Source: a virus
Lineage: Duplodnaviria; Caudoviricetes
Strand: one strand, 5' to 3'
DNA length: 64,000 bases
IMG/VR virus record: IMGVR_UViG_2883475777_000001
The notes beneath the pieces were generated by a model. It saw only the letters and a list, made by a program, of their open reading frames with translations. It made no database searches and had not been told where the DNA came from. Of the stretch, positions 27,395 to 36,543 are shown piece by piece. Numbering within the stretch: position 1 is the first letter of the stretch; each line of letters begins with the position of its first letter. The position numbers and the translations under genes are program-made.

Positions 27395-28372
27395 GTTCAG
27401 GCAGCGGGCAATCTCGTTGAGAATCTCGTGCTTAAACTCGCCATAGGTCGTCGCGGGCTGTTCGGCTTCGAGCTGGCTCATCTTCCAACCGCCAGGCATG
27501 GTGAGCAGCGCCCGCTGTTCCAGTTCGATGGGCTCGAATGGTTCGGCGGCGTCCGCCTCGCCGTTGGCTGGCGCGTCGGTGTAGAGGATGCCGGCGAAGT
27601 CGGCAGCCGTTTCAGCGGCCGCAAGCACGGCCAGCGTGAATCGCCGCAACTGTGCAAACAGCGGCAGCGCCGGCATGATGTCGGGAATGCCGCGTGCCTG
27701 GCCGGGTCGGTCGAGGCGGAACAAGTGAATCATCGCTTCGGCGGGCAGGCGGTCGTAGTCTCGCGTCAGCCGAACGGCTTCGCCTGGATGCGACTTGAGC
27801 ACGTGGTATTCGATCGGATTGCCGGCGTCGTCAAACACGATGCCGTCGATGCCATTGGTGATCAAAGCATTCAAGTCGGGCGTGCAAACCTGGTCGGCTT
27901 CAATCAACCGCAGGTCGAGTTGGATCGCCGTCGGCAGCACGGGATTGCTTGTCAACACGGCGAACGCTTCACCGTCCTGGGCGCGCGACATTCGCATCGT
28001 GCGAAGTTTCTCGGGCAGGTTGACGGCTCTGGACCACGCGCCAAACTCTCGTTCGATCCGGCGATTGGCGTCGGCGTCATCCGTCAGTACCTGCAGCCGA
28101 GGTCCGGTGCCGATCGCGTCGTTGGCCAGCGTCAACACAATGCCACGGGCGTAGCTGTTGTTGGCTACCTCATAGCGTGCTCGATTACGCAGAATGCGAC
28201 GTACCTCGGCGCTATTGGCCGCGTTGGCGGACAGTCCATCCGCGCCGGCCCAATGCCGACGGTTATCGTCGTTGGTGACGGCCGCATCGTAGCGGGCGCG
28301 AAGCACTCGCGCGGCCCGCGTCAACGGGCGGCTAGTCGTCTTGGTGAACAGATTGGCGAGCCAACGGAACAT
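27389..28372 (-). CDS. Portal protein, 5' part (lambda family); restored gene would be 487 aa
   Basis: RYDAA, LRNRARYEVANNSYARG, DGEAF, RPGQARGIP, EIARCLNMPF; ORF-track tail to 27269 is read-through into the element. Confidence 0.92.
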
Positions 28373-28570
28373 TTAGGATGCTCCTGGTGGCACGAGTTTG
28401 TTGAATGCAAGACCACGACGCTTTGACTTGGCTGCTTCCTTCGAGGCCAAGTACTTGTCGGCCGCGATTTGATCGGGGAGCTTGTGCTGCTCCACGGACC
28501 CAGCGTCGCCGGCAGCCTTGGCAGGCCCTTCGGCGTTTTCGCGGATCGTGTCTTTGAGGTCGTCGGCCAT
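28373..28570 (-). CDS. Head-to-tail joining protein (gpW-like)
   Basis: 65 aa immediately before the portal; GSVEQHKLPDQIAADKYL. Confidence 0.65.
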   Translation of the reverse strand: MADDLKDTIRENAEGPAKAAGDAGSVEQHKLPDQIAADKYLASKEAAKSKRRGLAFNKLVPPGAS

Positions 28571-28729
28571 TGAGGTCTCCAATCGCAAGCGAGAACAACG
28601 CCTGCCTATTTGAAGACCTACCCGGTCACTCTCGTGAATGACGAAAGACAAGGAGAAGAAGGCAGAATCGTGCTACATGTAGCGAGGTCGGAGCCTCAGG
28701 GCCATGAACGTAGCGGTCGACGAAGGAAC

Positions 28730-29560
28730 TTAGCGCAAGTCGGGTGTGCGCCTGGAGAGGACTGCAAGGACCTCGTCATGGCCCCATCTGGAACCGACCT
28801 CCTTGCGTCGATGTTGAGCCCACCCGCTTGCCGACATGTGATGCTTGGCATCAAGGATGGTGGCGTCCGCGCCACGGTTCAATAGAAACGACACCATGTT
28901 CGGCTTCGCTTCCCATGCCGCCCAGTGCAATGCGGTCGCTTTCCCATCCGTCACGTTCACATCCAGACCGCTATCGAGCAAGTATTCCACGAGGGGTACA
29001 CGATCGCAGACTGCGGCACACCTCAGCACATCAAAGACTTGCTCATCGGAAAAGGATGCCGACTCAAGGTCCGCCCGCACTCGATCGAGTTGTCCAGCTC
29101 CGGCCGCGATTCGTGTCGATAGGATTTTCGCACCCTCTCTTACGAGCAGGTCGACAACTTCGACCATGCCGAAATGAACGGCGAAATCCAGCGGCGTGCC
29201 ATCGGGGATGCCGGGATACGAGGCAACGGCTTCCATGTTCGCGCCGGCGTCGATCAAAACTTCCGCGACGCCCGCTTCTCCCAAACTCGCTGCGCCGTGA
29301 AGAGGCGTTTCGCCTGCGCCGGGAAGTCCGTCCACCGGCGCGCCCGCGTCGATCAGAATCTGTGCCAACTCCGCCTGCCGGCCATGATCCCAGAGTTGAT
29401 TGAAGGGGCCATCGCTCAAGAAGTGAAGCGGCTCAGTCTGGCAGCTGTTCAGAATGCTGCCCCAGCGGATCGGCGTGGAAGCTAGTTTTGGGTTTTCATT
29501 CAGAAGCTGTCGGGCGCGTTCGACATCGCCAGCGACAATCGCCTTCTTAAGTTGACTCAT
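28730..29560 (-). CDS. Ankyrin-repeat protein
   Basis: GETPLHGAASLGEAGVAEVLIDAGA, GTPLDFAVHFG, ATALHWAAWEA. Confidence 0.9.
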   Translation of the reverse strand: MSQLKKAIVAGDVERARQLLNENPKLASTPIRWGSILNSCQTEPLHFLSDGPFNQLWDHGRQAELAQILIDAGAPVDGLPGAGETPLHGAASLGEAGVAEVLIDAGANMEAVASYPGIPDGTPLDFAVHFGMVEVVDLLVREGAKILSTRIAAGAGQLDRVRADLESASFSDEQVFDVLRCAAVCDRVPLVEYLLDSGLDVNVTDGKATALHWAAWEAKPNMVSFLLNRGADATILDAKHHMSASGWAQHRRKEVGSRWGHDEVLAVLSRRTPDLR

Positions 29561-29561
29561 T

Positions 29562-29978
29562 TCATTGGGCCTTCAATCCTGCCACAACCTGGCAGCAGTC
29601 TGATTTCTTTTGAGTCTGGCATTCCTCGAGCGCGTTCTTCAACACTTTGCGGACGTGCCGAAGATCCTTCAGCCGCTGCTCGATGTCCGCCAGTCGCTCC
29701 TCAATCAGGCTCTGCACGTTGCCGCACGTCGGAATGCCGCCTTCGTCGTCGGAGAGCAACGCCTTCACGTCCTCGAGCGTAAACCCGATCGCTTGTGCCG
29801 CGCGGATGAACTTCAGCTTGTTGAGCGACTCACCGCTGTACAACCGGTAGTTTCCCTGGCTGCGATTCTCGGGTTCAACGAGACCGATTCGCTCATAGTA
29901 GCGAACAGTCGTTGTCGGAATGTCAGCCGCTTTGGCCAACTGGCTGATGGTGTATTCGTCGGGCATGGCAATGCTCAA
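29562..29978 (-). CDS. MerR-family divalent-metal regulator
   Basis: YTISQLAKAADIPTTTVRYYERIGL; Cys at PTC, EEC and SDCC match the Hg/Zn/Cd/Pb-sensing subgroup layout. Confidence 0.92.
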   Translation of the reverse strand: MSIAMPDEYTISQLAKAADIPTTTVRYYERIGLVEPENRSQGNYRLYSGESLNKLKFIRAAQAIGFTLEDVKALLSDDEGGIPTCGNVQSLIEERLADIEQRLKDLRHVRKVLKNALEECQTQKKSDCCQVVAGLKAQ

Positions 29979-30021
29979 ATCGCCCTTGGAGAACTGATTT
30001 TCAGTTTTTTGGCAAATCCGC

Positions 30022-30053
30022 TTGACCTTGCACTTAGGTGCAACCTCGATAAT
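30022..30053 (+). promoter_or_regulatory. MerR-type promoter/operator
   Basis: TTGACC, 20-bp spacer, GATAAT; dyad TTGCAC-TTAG-GTGCAA (30028-30043) inside the spacer. Confidence 0.85.
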
Positions 30054-30094
30054 AGACGCAGATGACCGGATTCACAACATAGGGCTGAGAAGCC

Positions 30095-31285
30095 ATGAAC
30101 CAGAACGCGGCAACCGCAACCAGACAGACGTGCCCGACTTGTGGCCAAAAAGCACGACGTGTTTCGCTTCACACGATTCGCAGCCTGTTGAAGGAACCCG
30201 CTGCATCAGGATTCCAAAACGGCGAATCGTGTTGCCAGACCGATGGAACGGGATGTCACGCAATCACCGAAGACACCGGCTGGCGTTTCTGTGACTCGCC
30301 GGCATGCGACGTTGTGTACTTCGCAGAGCAGAGTGACGATACGTTTGTCAAATCACAATTGAAAGTTGACGTGGGCGTCAAGGAGACAGCTGGCGACCGC
30401 CCTCTCTGTTATTGTTTTGACCACTCGGTGACCAGCATCAAGCGTGAGCTGGAGGCAACGGGAGAATCGACGGCGGTCGAGGATATCCGCTCCCGGATGA
30501 AAGGAGAGGGGTGCCATTGTGAAGTGACCAACCCCAGCGGATCCTGTTGCCTCGGAAGCGTGGCCAAGGGAATCGAAATCGCGAAGGGTGAACTGGTTAC
30601 GACGGAGTCGCACATTGATTCCAAACCTCCTTCGGGCCGGGGAGAGAAGATCGCCAAGGTCGGGACCATCGTCTCTGCGATCATGGCATCGAGTTGCTGC
30701 TGGCTCCCGTTGGTCCTATTGGCCGTAGGCGTATCCGGTGCCGGCATCGCGGCCGCGCTCGAAACCTATCGGCCCCTGTTCATGCTCATCACATTCGGGT
30801 TTCTGGGAGCCGCCTTCTACTTCACTTACCGGCCTCGGCCAGCAAGCGATGCGAACCAGGACGCGTCGTGCTGCGACTCGACGATGGTAGGCGAATCAGA
30901 CTGCTGTGCGCCCGAAACGACGTCGCGCTGGAGTATGGCCGCGATGAACAAAGTCATGCTGTGGGTCGTCACTGGGCTGGCGATCGCGTTCCTGGCCTTC
31001 CCAAGCTATGTCGGTCTGCTCTTCGGTGCAGGACACAACGTGGTCGTAACCGATGATATGAACCGCGCGGTTCTCACAATTGAGGGCATGACTTGTGAAG
31101 GATGCGCGACGACAGTTGCTGAAGCGATCAAACGTGTGGACGGTGTGATCGCGGTGGAAGTGAACTACGAAACGAAGCAAGCGACCATCGGGGCGGAAGA
31201 CTGCTGTCCCGTGCCGATTAAGGAAATCCAGTCTGCTCTCGCCAAGGCCGGTTACGCCGGCGAGCCAATCGACCCAACGGACTAA
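30095..31285 (+). CDS. Fusion: Cys-rich CopZ-N-like metallochaperone + MerT-like transporter + HMA (MerP-like)
   Basis: CPTC, FCDSPACDVVYF, LCYCF, NPSGSCC; SSCCWLPLVL...TYRPLF transmembrane segment; GMTCEGC. Confidence 0.85.
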   Translation: MNQNAATATRQTCPTCGQKARRVSLHTIRSLLKEPAASGFQNGESCCQTDGTGCHAITEDTGWRFCDSPACDVVYFAEQSDDTFVKSQLKVDVGVKETAGDRPLCYCFDHSVTSIKRELEATGESTAVEDIRSRMKGEGCHCEVTNPSGSCCLGSVAKGIEIAKGELVTTESHIDSKPPSGRGEKIAKVGTIVSAIMASSCCWLPLVLLAVGVSGAGIAAALETYRPLFMLITFGFLGAAFYFTYRPRPASDANQDASCCDSTMVGESDCCAPETTSRWSMAAMNKVMLWVVTGLAIAFLAFPSYVGLLFGAGHNVVVTDDMNRAVLTIEGMTCEGCATTVAEAIKRVDGVIAVEVNYETKQATIGAEDCCPVPIKEIQSALAKAGYAGEPIDPTD

Positions 31286-31312
31286 CCAATTCATCCGAAA
31301 GTGATTCACAAC

Positions 31313-32575
31313 ATGAGCCGTTTTGCTTGCATAGCCCTGCTTTGCCTGCCCGTCGCAATCGTTGGATGCGGCCGCACGAGTACGGAGAATCCAAACGGTA
31401 CGTCGTCAACCGCGTCGTCCGAATCGACTGTCCACATTCACATCAGCGGCTTCAAGAAGAGCAAAAGCGGCGCGACGTGAATGTTGTGACCGAACACGGT
31501 CAAAGAGGCCCTGGAAGGGTCTGACGCAGTCACAATGGTTGAGATGCATCTCGATCGAGACGTATTCGATGTCACGTTTGATTCATCGAAGGCGCAAGCG
31601 TCCGATCTCGTCGCCATCATCGCCGAGGCCGGCTACTCGGCGAGAATTATCACGGGCGATACGTCCGAACCTACCGTTGCCGATGTCGACTATCCCGCGC
31701 TTTTGCCTTCCGTATTCGACCGGGCGAGATCCGCCGGCAAACCGGTCGTGTTGTACTTTGGGGCGTCATGGTGCGTTCCTTGCCGCCGCATGTCCCAAGA
31801 AACGTTTGCAGATCCGACGGTAAAAAGCCTGCTCGACCGCTGCATCTTTGAGAAGATCGACGCCGACGAGCGAGCCGACTTGTCAAAACAGGCGGGTGCG
31901 AGGGCTCTCCCCGACGTGCGATTCGTTTCCGCCGACGGGAAGGAAATGAAGAGGATCACCAGCTTTCTCGGCCCGAACCTGTTCGCGGACGAGCTGCGCC
32001 AATTGCTAGGTGATGAGCCTGTCGACAACACAGTCGAAGAAGGCAAGAGCGTCGAGTTGCATGATCTCTCGCCCGAAGCAGACCAGCTGCGCGAGGCCTT
32101 CGTGAAGGCCAGCGGTAAAGTGAGAGTCGTAATGCTTGTCTCGCCTGGCTGACCGATGTGCGTCGAAGGGGCCCGTGCGGTCCATAGGCAGGCTACCAGC
32201 CAGATTGAAAGTCCCGACTTGGTGATTTTCGTTGTGTGGTTGCCGCGATATCCGGGGGACAACCGCGAGAAGGCCGTCACCGCCACCAGGAACGTATCTG
32301 ACTCGCGGGCTCACCACTTCTGGGACGCCGAAGCCATGCTGTCAAAGCGTTACGGACGGATCTTGGGTCTGCCGGAAGGTAAACAATTCGCGTGGGACAC
32401 ATACATGGTGTTCGACGCGGATGCGACTTGGATCGACACACCGCCGACGCCCGCCAACTGGATGCATCAAATGGGCGGGGCACTTGGCCGCAGCCATCCG
32501 CGTTGGCTTGATCCTGATAGATTCAAGGGCTCGCTAATTGAATTGCTAAAAGAGCCAGACCGCAATCAACCTTGA
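31313..32575 (+). CDS. Predicted triple-selenocysteine lipoprotein: HMA-like (UxxU) + thioredoxin (CxxC) + redoxin-like (UxxC), 420 aa
   Basis: One frame from ATG 31313 with lipobox IVGC. In-frame TGA at 31478, 31487 and 32150 give GAT-U-ML-U-PNTVKEAL and VSPG-U-PMC. WCVPC in the middle domain. Joins track ORFs 31535-32152 and 32156-32575. Confidence 0.8.
31500..31524 (+). promoter_or_regulatory. Putative bacterial SECIS hairpin 1
   Basis: AGGCCCU-GGA-AGGGUCU stem; loop G lies 32 nt and 23 nt after the first two UGAs. Confidence 0.6.
32169..32183 (+). promoter_or_regulatory. Putative bacterial SECIS hairpin 2
   Basis: GGGCC-CGUGC-GGUCC; loop G lies 22 nt after the third UGA. Confidence 0.55.
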
Positions 32576-32580
32576 TTCAT

Positions 32581-32772
32581 TCAGACGCGATTTGGAGGAG
32601 CCTGGACCGGCGACTCGTAAGTCACGATCTTGCGGCTGCAATGCCGGCACTCTTTGCGGCGGCGAATACGGCCGTCACGCAGCGGTTCCGTATGCGTGGT
32701 GTAGAAATGCCGGCAGCCGCACCGTGGGCATTCGATGCCGCGATTGGGTTGTTGTGAGCCGGCCTGATTCAT
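32581..32772 (-). CDS. Small Zn-ribbon protein (CxxC...CxxC)
   Basis: ECPRCGC...RRRKECRHC; ATGA overlap with the terL stop. Confidence 0.75.
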   Translation of the reverse strand: MNQAGSQQPNRGIECPRCGCRHFYTTHTEPLRDGRIRRRKECRHCSRKIVTYESPVQAPPNRV

Positions 32773-35039
32773 TCGCGACGCCTCCGCTGCAGTTCGGCGA
32801 AGCTGACACGCTCGCGTTTGGCGGGACCAAATGCGCTCCCTGTTCCAGCGAGCACCGCCCCCTGAATTGAGGCGGCCACAGCGCAGCCGACTAGACAATC
32901 AAACCAGTGGTTGTCGCCGCGTTCTGGTCGCATCTTCCATTCGTCAACCGTGCGGCCGCGGCCTTCGGTCTTCACTCGATACTCGGCCGACAAGTGCTCG
33001 GCAAAGAGACGATGCTGGTCGGCGCTTTCGCCAAACAACGACAGGCAGCCACGGTCACCCATCGGCACCGCCAGCCGAGCGTGCACGAATGTTTTCCAGA
33101 AGTTGGTGTCGTAGACGACGTGGCGCACAGCACGCTTGCCGGCCACATTGGGCATCCGCCAGTTGTGTCCGACCCGGTCGCCCGGCCGGCGCTTGTACTC
33201 GGAGAAAGGCTGACTCGATGCGCCAACAAACCGGCCGTGACTGGGAATGATGACGCCGGCGTGTGCGGATTGCCGGCAGAATTGATAGACCACGTCAGTC
33301 GATGCACCCCAGTTGGCGTCCACCAGGCAGCGTTCGATTCGCAGCATGGCACCATCATCGCGCCGCCATTCGCGACCGAGATGCGACGTCGTCAACTGTT
33401 CGAGTCCCGCATAGATGGACCCTTCCAAACCACTCGCCTTCGTCGCCAGCGGCAGCGTGAGCCGGGCATCTCGCAGCGTAAAGTAAGGCCGCTGTTGGTC
33501 AGGAAACTCGCCATAGTCGACGACATAGCCGGTGAAATCGTCTTCCCACGCTGCGACGACGTAGAACAGTAAGTTCCCTTGAACGTCCACAAACATCGTC
33601 AGATGGTTGCAGCCAATTGGCAGCACGCCTCGCTGCATGCGATTGGTCTTGGCGGCGATTTGGTCAGGCGACAGTTCGTCTGCTTCGGACGTTTCCTCGG
33701 GTAGTGGCTCGTTCTGGTACTCTGCGAAGAACGCCGCCTCGTCTTGCAACTTGAGGTTCATCGCGTGCTGGATCGCCGACTCTTCATCGTGGTTGAATCG
33801 TTCTTGCCAAGCCACGTCAGCGCCGGCATCCATTGCTTCCCGATTGGCCGCGTAGAACTCGGTCGCCAGTCGGATGTCGCCGTGGGCGCGGAGGCTCTCG
33901 CCGCGAAGTTCGGCGTAACGCTGCCACAGCTTCTCATCGGTGGGAAACGAATACACCATCTTCGTGCGCTCGCCGTTCCATTCCGGATGCTTGTCGCGGC
34001 ATAAAATGTTGTCAGCCATGTCGCTGGGGCGGATTACCGTACAGGGCATGATGCCGCTGATCTTCTTGCCGGGACCAGCCAGACCCAGGATAGCGCCTGC
34101 GAGTATTCCCTCGCGCGTCGCGCATTGCGACAACGACCGAGCCGACTCGTCGGTCTGCGGATCGTCGAGCACGACCAGTGAGGGGCGAACGGTATGTCCG
34201 TCCGAACGCTTGTATTTCATGCCGCGAATGCGGCCAGTAATGCCAGCGACCTTGATGATCGCCCCGCTCGCGGCGCTGCCGGGCATCGAAGGAAGCACGA
34301 CCTCGCGGGCCGTCCAACCGATGTGCGTTCGCTCGCCCTTGAAGAGTTGACCGTTGCAGCGATTGGCGATTCCATCGAGGCACTGAATCGGATAGACGAC
34401 CTCGGGGAAGTCTTCGAGCAACAGGTCGTTGCCGTCGAGTTCCATCTTGATCGAGTCAAGCATATCCATCGCATGCCCTTCGTCGCTGCCGATGAGACAC
34501 ACGAACTCGCGGTGGCCGTTGAGCACGGCCCAGATGCACGCGCATTCGCAAATCGTCGTCTTGCCCGAACCGCGAGGCATCGCCATCGCGAATAGTCCGC
34601 CGCGCAGCACGGCCTGCTCGATCTTGCCGATCACTTTCAAGTGGTCGGGCGACCACGGGAGGTGGAACGTCAGCGGAAAGTAGGTCTCGCAGAAGAATCG
34701 AAAATCGGATGCTGCCCGCGCTTTGCGGTCCCCGCTGACGACCTCGGGCAGTTCACCAATGTCGCGGCCGGCAATGGCAAGCGCGACATTGCGAGCGCGA
34801 GCGCGATCCTTCAGCTTTTCATACGGATCGCCGTCGGGCTCTGGGCGCGGCGTGTGCCGAATCTCCACGAGCCACGCGACGTACCGCAGCAAGTCTACGA
34901 AACGTGCATCGCCGATTCGCATGCCGGCCCGCGTTCGATGGCGATGGAGCTGCCGTTCATTGATGACCTCGCCCAACGGCGTCGAGTTCAACAAGCGGCA
35001 CAATTCGCTCGGTCGTAGTTTCCGCGGGTCAGTTGCCAC
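32769..35039 (-). CDS. terL: Terminase large subunit (GpA-type)
   Basis: AMPRGSGKT Walker A, VVLDDPQ Walker B, FVDVQG nuclease Asp, NHWFDC. Confidence 0.92.
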   Translation of the reverse strand: MATDPRKLRPSELCRLLNSTPLGEVINERQLHRHRTRAGMRIGDARFVDLLRYVAWLVEIRHTPRPEPDGDPYEKLKDRARARNVALAIAGRDIGELPEVVSGDRKARAASDFRFFCETYFPLTFHLPWSPDHLKVIGKIEQAVLRGGLFAMAMPRGSGKTTICECACIWAVLNGHREFVCLIGSDEGHAMDMLDSIKMELDGNDLLLEDFPEVVYPIQCLDGIANRCNGQLFKGERTHIGWTAREVVLPSMPGSAASGAIIKVAGITGRIRGMKYKRSDGHTVRPSLVVLDDPQTDESARSLSQCATREGILAGAILGLAGPGKKISGIMPCTVIRPSDMADNILCRDKHPEWNGERTKMVYSFPTDEKLWQRYAELRGESLRAHGDIRLATEFYAANREAMDAGADVAWQERFNHDEESAIQHAMNLKLQDEAAFFAEYQNEPLPEETSEADELSPDQIAAKTNRMQRGVLPIGCNHLTMFVDVQGNLLFYVVAAWEDDFTGYVVDYGEFPDQQRPYFTLRDARLTLPLATKASGLEGSIYAGLEQLTTSHLGREWRRDDGAMLRIERCLVDANWGASTDVVYQFCRQSAHAGVIIPSHGRFVGASSQPFSEYKRRPGDRVGHNWRMPNVAGKRAVRHVVYDTNFWKTFVHARLAVPMGDRGCLSLFGESADQHRLFAEHLSAEYRVKTEGRGRTVDEWKMRPERGDNHWFDCLVGCAVAASIQGAVLAGTGSAFGPAKRERVSFAELQRRRRE

Positions 35040-35235
35040 GCCCCATCTCCTTCACGAGCCATGCGGCGTAGTGCATGAGGTTGACCGTGCCGTCGGGATT
35101 CTGCGGCGCGCCGGCCTCCAGGTCGGCGGCGATCTGTTCGACGGGGACGCGGACCTTGGCGGCGGCCGAAAGCAGCTTGGCAGCCTGCTCGACGGAGAGG
35201 CGGTTTGGGTCCACGGGCGCATTCTCAGCGTTCAT
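35029..35235 (-). CDS. Small HTH protein, putative terminase small subunit
   Basis: 68 aa overlapping the terL start; LSVEQAAKLLS...NLMHYAAWL. Confidence 0.55.
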   Translation of the reverse strand: MNAENAPVDPNRLSVEQAAKLLSAAAKVRVPVEQIAADLEAGAPQNPDGTVNLMHYAAWLVKEMGRGN

Positions 35236-35516
35236 CGCCCGCCCCCTTCCGGCACAGCTCTCCGCGTGGGCCAACGGGTGGCCACGTCGCGTACCGCGCC
35301 GGCGATTGGCCATTCGTGCGACCACCGGCGTAACACGTCGCGACACGTGGCCAACCTGATCGACGCGACGCCAACCTTGCCCCGTTTGACTTCCGAGAAA
35401 ACCTGCTGAATTCCGGCGGAATGTTCCGCGACCGCGCTTGATGTTCCTCGAAACGCATGGCTCATGTGTGACTGTCGTAACGCGAATCCCAACCACCAAC
35501 CAACCGGAGACCAACC

Positions 35517-35744
35517 ATGAACGCCCGCAAAAACAAGAAGCCGAAGCTGACCGCCGAAGCCGCCTACGAGAACGCGCACATCGTGGCGCAAGACCTTGTC
35601 CAAAGAATCGGCGAGCTGCTTTTCGACCTGCCCGCGCCCGGCAACGACGAGCACCCGATCAACTGGGCCGACGTCGGCAGCGTCAACGAGGTCAACAACC
35701 GCCTGTCCTCGGTCGTCGCCTTTCTCGAAGGCACCGAAGAGTAA
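35517..35744 (+). CDS. Hypothetical protein (75 aa)
   Basis: GGAG RBS; paralog in the satellite at 18930-19133. Confidence 0.75.
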   Translation: MNARKNKKPKLTAEAAYENAHIVAQDLVQRIGELLFDLPAPGNDEHPINWADVGSVNEVNNRLSSVVAFLEGTEE

Positions 35745-35771
35745 CCCCCAACCACGAAAGAAAACCCAACC

Positions 35772-36023
35772 ATGACCATCGACGACTTGATCCAACGCTT
35801 GGAAGAGTACCGCGACGCCCTGGGCGGCGACGCCGAAGTCCGCCTGATGACCCAGCAGAATTGGCCGTTTGAAAACGAGATCGTCGGCCTCGCTTCGGGC
35901 GAAGAGATCAACGAGCCCGACGACGGCGAAGACGAAGACATGGACGAAGACAGCGTGGTCTTCATCATCGAAGGCCAGCAGCGCTGCTACGGATCGAAGC
36001 GGGCCTGGGAGGTCGCGTACTAA
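35772..36023 (+). CDS. Acidic hypothetical protein (83 aa)
   Basis: MTIDDLIQRLEE...EVRLMTQQNWPFE; operon context. Confidence 0.7.
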   Translation: MTIDDLIQRLEEYRDALGGDAEVRLMTQQNWPFENEIVGLASGEEINEPDDGEDEDMDEDSVVFIIEGQQRCYGSKRAWEVAY

Positions 36024-36119
36024 AGCCGAAACGCCCACGCGGGCGTCGCGGCGGGTGGTACCCGCCGCCTGATGATGGCAGCCCAACCATCGCGAACGTT
36101 TTTCACAAGGAGCCAGATC

Positions 36120-36521
36120 ATGGCAACGAAGAAGACCACCGCGAAAAAGACCCCTGCGAAGAAGGCCGCTGCCCCGAAGGCAACCCGCAGCGCCAAGTCG
36201 ACCAAGGCCGCGCCGGCGAAGAAGGCTCAGCCCGCGAAGCCGGCGGCGAAGAAGACGAAGCCCGCCGCGTCGAAAGGCGAGGCCAAGGCCAAGAAGCTCA
36301 GCGCCATCGACGCGGCCGCGAAGGTGCTGGCCACGGCGAAGGAACCGATGAACTGCAAGGAGTTGATCGAGGCGATGGCCACGAAGAAGCTCTGGACCAG
36401 CCCCGGCGGAAAGACGCCGCACGCCACGCTGTACAGCGCGATTCTGCGGGAGATCAAGACGAAGGGGAAGGACGCCCGTTTCAAGAAGACCGAGCGCGGC
36501 CAGTTCGCCGCGAATGGCTAG
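36120..36521 (+). CDS. HARE-HTH-like winged-helix protein with Lys/Ala-rich (histone H1-like) N-terminus
   Basis: AKKTPAKKAAAPK repeats, then LWTSPGGKTPHATLYSAILREI; AGGAG RBS. Confidence 0.8.
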   Translation: MATKKTTAKKTPAKKAAAPKATRSAKSTKAAPAKKAQPAKPAAKKTKPAASKGEAKAKKLSAIDAAAKVLATAKEPMNCKELIEAMATKKLWTSPGGKTPHATLYSAILREIKTKGKDARFKKTERGQFAANG

Positions 36522-36543
36522 GCCACGCGACGGGTTCCGACCC

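Noticed and set aside
27269-28372. Portal as a complete 367-aa gene or a dead pseudogene
   Set aside because: The tail after LNMPF is non-portal read-through; both halves are intact and rejoin in frame.
31313-32575. Genome-wide UGA reassignment (Trp/Gly), or a pseudogene
   Set aside because: Many genes here end in TGA with ATGA coupling. Three independent nonsense changes all landing on Cys-motif positions with downstream hairpins is unlikely.
32573-32575. Fourth Sec at the final TGA
   Set aside because: No motif context, and read-through would run into the convergent gene; treated as the stop.
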